Shown: positions 61,200-64,000 of the stretch, in pieces
Layout of the letters: every line of letters begins with the position of its first letter
Numbering within the stretch: the stretch's first letter is position 1
Source of the DNA: Lytechinus pictus
Taxonomy: Eukaryota
Length of the DNA stretch: 64,000 nt
Assembly: GCF_037042905.1 (NCBI RefSeq)
Contig: NC_087251.1
Location: 186,001-250,000, forward strand
Direction of reading: 5' to 3'
Notes under the pieces: generated by a model
What the model saw: only the letters and a program-made list of their open reading frames with translations
Told to the model about the DNA's origin: nothing
Database searches by the model: none
Program-made: the position numbers and the translations under genes

Positions 61200-64000
61200 A
61201 CCTTTTCTTTTTTTTGCGCCTCCATAGAGGTAGCCTCTTTCATTTAGGGCTCTGTTCATTTTGTTGATTTTTGCCTTATTTTTAGGTTATCTTGAATTTA
61301 GTTGTTAACACTGTACTCTGTATATGTCAAGGATCTTGCTAGACCTTTTTCATTCAATATTTTGGTGATTTAGCTCAGTACTTAGAAGTTGTATTTTATG
61401 TATCATATCTGAACTTGCTCAACACTGCCATTTTCAGTGTCCTGTGTTGCACTCATGCCTCTATTCACTGTCTATTTTACTTATTGTTCAGGCAGTTCAG
61501 TTTGTACTTCACTTCTGCCTCTTTAATCACAGACAGTAGTGACATTCCATCTACAATGGAGGGGATTAAGTTCCTTAGGTTCTTCTTTTGTGTATCATTG
61601 ATTGTATTTCTTTTGAATGTTAACCATGTATTCACTCTGCCTTCTGATGCCAGAGATAGGCACCTGAAGTACTGTAGTAGGCCTATTGCTTACTATAGCA
61701 ATACAAGTGCCTGTTTTCAGTTAGCCATTTTATTATCAGGTGATATTCATATGAATCCAGGCCCACGCTATGAAGTTGATTCATTTAAATTTACTAATGA
61801 ATATTGTAACAGTTCGCAGTCAGATCGTATTCAATATGATGTTCATACTCTCCATCAGTTAGATAGGAAGCCTTTTCATCATCTTCCTCTGTTTGGAAAA
61901 GGATTTGTGACCTTGGTATCCGCCGACATGGTCCTACTCATCGCGGACACAGGTGTATGGTCTCAAGGCCGCATCCCCTTCCTTCGAGGCCTACTGGTAC
62001 TCATCTAGGTTTATGGAATGCACGATCCTTGACAAACAAGATTGATGTAGTGACTTCTTTGATCATAAATAATGATATTGATGTACAGTGTATTAGTTAT
62101 CAGTGAGTCTTGGTTTTCAGGTGATCACAGAGATGACCCTACTCTTGCGCAGTTGAAATTGTTCCTTCCAAATCACACCATTATCAATCGTCCCAGGAAG
62201 ACTAGGGGAGGAGGTATATGTGTCCTCTATAGGTCCACACCACGTTGTGTTGTAAATGAAACCTTCAATTGTTCCTCATTTGAATTTTTTGGATCTAACC
62301 GTCCATCATTTACCGCCCACCCCAATCCTCCCGGCACACTTCTTCAAGTGGTGATTTTCTTGAAGAGTTTCTCACTCTTCTGGAAAGTGCTGCTGTGGAT
62401 GTTCATCATATTCTTCTTGGTGACTTTAATATTCACGTGGATGATTCTTCAGACAATTTTGCTAGATCTTTTCTTAATGGAGTGGAAGCCCTTGGATTCC
62501 AACAACACATCAACGGGCCTACACACAAGGCTGGTCATACACTCGACCTTGTCCTTAGTAGAAATTCCGAAGATATTATCTCCCAGCATAGCATTTCACC
62601 ATCTCTGCCATCTGATCACTCTGCTATTATTTGTACTATTAATCTCAAAGGGCCCCAAAACCCCAAGAAGAAAGTGACTTTCAGGAAACTTTCTAACATT
62701 GACCCTAAATATTTTAGTCTGGATGTTAAAGGATTCCTTTCAATTTCCCTCTTGCCCATCTGAGGCAGCTTCTCTGTATAACGACTGTCTTGGTAAACTG
62801 ATGGACAAGCATGCCCCTCTGCAGACTGTGACTGTTACAGTTAGACCAAAAGCTCCCTGGTTCTCTGCTGAAATTAGGGAGGCACGGCGACTGAGGCGAC
62901 GCGCAGAACGTCGAATGATGAAGTCTGGCCTGCAGGTTGATAAGACGTTATATCGTCAAGAATGCGAAACCTACTTACAATAGCATCACTGATGCCAAAT
63001 CAAAATACTTTAGGTCTGAAATCGCTAACGCCGACTCCAAACAGCTATTCAGTATTGTACAGAAACTCTCCACCCCCTCTCAGTCCTCCATTTATCAATT
63101 GGCTACTCAGTCACCTTGAGAAGGAATTCTCCATCACTGTAACTATCCTGAAATGGATTCGCTATCATCTTCATGGTCGTTCCCAAGAAGTAATCATTAA
63201 TGACACGCTTTCTGAACCATTCCCTCTGATTTGTTGAGTTCCACAGGGATCTGTAGTCGGCCCACTCCTTTTTATCCTTTATACCAGTCCAATTTGAGGA
63301 GGCGCGATAGCTCAGTCGGTAGAGCGGGGGAATCGTATTCTGGTGACCCGGGTTCGATTCACACTTGGTGAGCTAGTGCCCTTTGGTAAGGCATTAATCC
63401 TCATTACCAGGTCCTTCGGAGAGGACCTTAAGCCGTCAGTCCTCTGGTTGCTGGCTTACAAGCATTCATGCTTTCTTAGCAATCAGGTAAAAAATCCCCA
63501 CCAATCAATCAATCAATCAATCAATCAAAAATCAATCAATTTCCAAACCCATAGAATCTCACCAAGGTGTTCAGCATGTAATGTATGTTGACGACACACA
63601 AATTTATGTTACACTTAAACCCAATGCGAAGGCTGAAGCAGCCCAAAAACTTCATAGCTCCTTTGAGGGCATTAAGGTTTGGTCTCATAACAGACTCTGC
63701 CTTAATGAACAAAAATTTTAGATTGTACACATCACTTCAAAATACAAAAAACACTACTCCATTACCCGATTTATATATAATGTTTCCATGAAGGGTAGTG
63801 AGTGTGTATGTGAACTTAGTGTGATCATTGACAACAATCTTACTCTTCAAGATCATATCAAGCATATCTGCAGGTCTGCGTCATACGGTATTTTCAAAAT
63901 TGGAAAGATTAGGAAATTACATGACCGACCCACAACTGCCAAACTAATACATAATTTGTTTCCTGTAAACTAGATTACTGCAACTCAATATTTTCCAACC
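61200..64000 (+). mobile_element. Decayed L2-like LINE with N-terminal 2A-like motif, APE and partial RT
   Basis: LLSGDIHMNPGP, GLWNARSL, ISESW, RGGG, LGDFNIH, GHTLDLV, SDH, PWF, VPQGSVVGP, YVDDTQ. Confidence 0.9.
63296..63540 (+). mobile_element. tRNA-derived SINE inserted in the LINE RT region
   Basis: A box TAGCTCAGTCGG, B box GGTTCGATTC, central hairpin GGTCCTTCGGAGAGGACC, (CAAT)n tail, CAATTT at both flanks. Confidence 0.9.

Noticed and set aside
63296..63375. Functional tRNA gene
   Set aside because: Acceptor and T stems do not pair; it continues into a SINE body and (CAAT)n tail

Overview
AT-rich eukaryotic (animal, probably marine invertebrate; echinoderm-like by repeat content, inference only) genomic DNA, not prokaryotic. 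The window is mostly intron of one minus-strand host gene, a CCDC9/CCDC9B-family (DUF4594-type) gene. Four GT-AG, phase-consistent exons are visible: 55278-55147, 29035-28955, 10940-10731 and 8217-8045; start and end lie outside the window. The introns are packed with often nested mobile elements: several LINE remnants (including a near full-length CR1-like element with PHD ORF1 and an L2-like element with a 2A-like motif), an Ngaro-type tyrosine-recombinase retrotransposon, two highly decayed DIRS1-like elements, a DD41D Tc1/mariner transposon, Sola-, Academ-, Kolobok-, piggyBac- and hAT/P-like non-autonomous elements, three Helentron-associated (HINE-like) repeats, a tRNA-derived SINE and minisatellites. 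The most unusual observation is that two consecutive host exons are each followed by a ~1.1-1.2 kb tandem array built from that exon's own 3' end plus 5' splice site. Family assignments come from motif recognition without database searches. Some frameshifts could be assembly errors.
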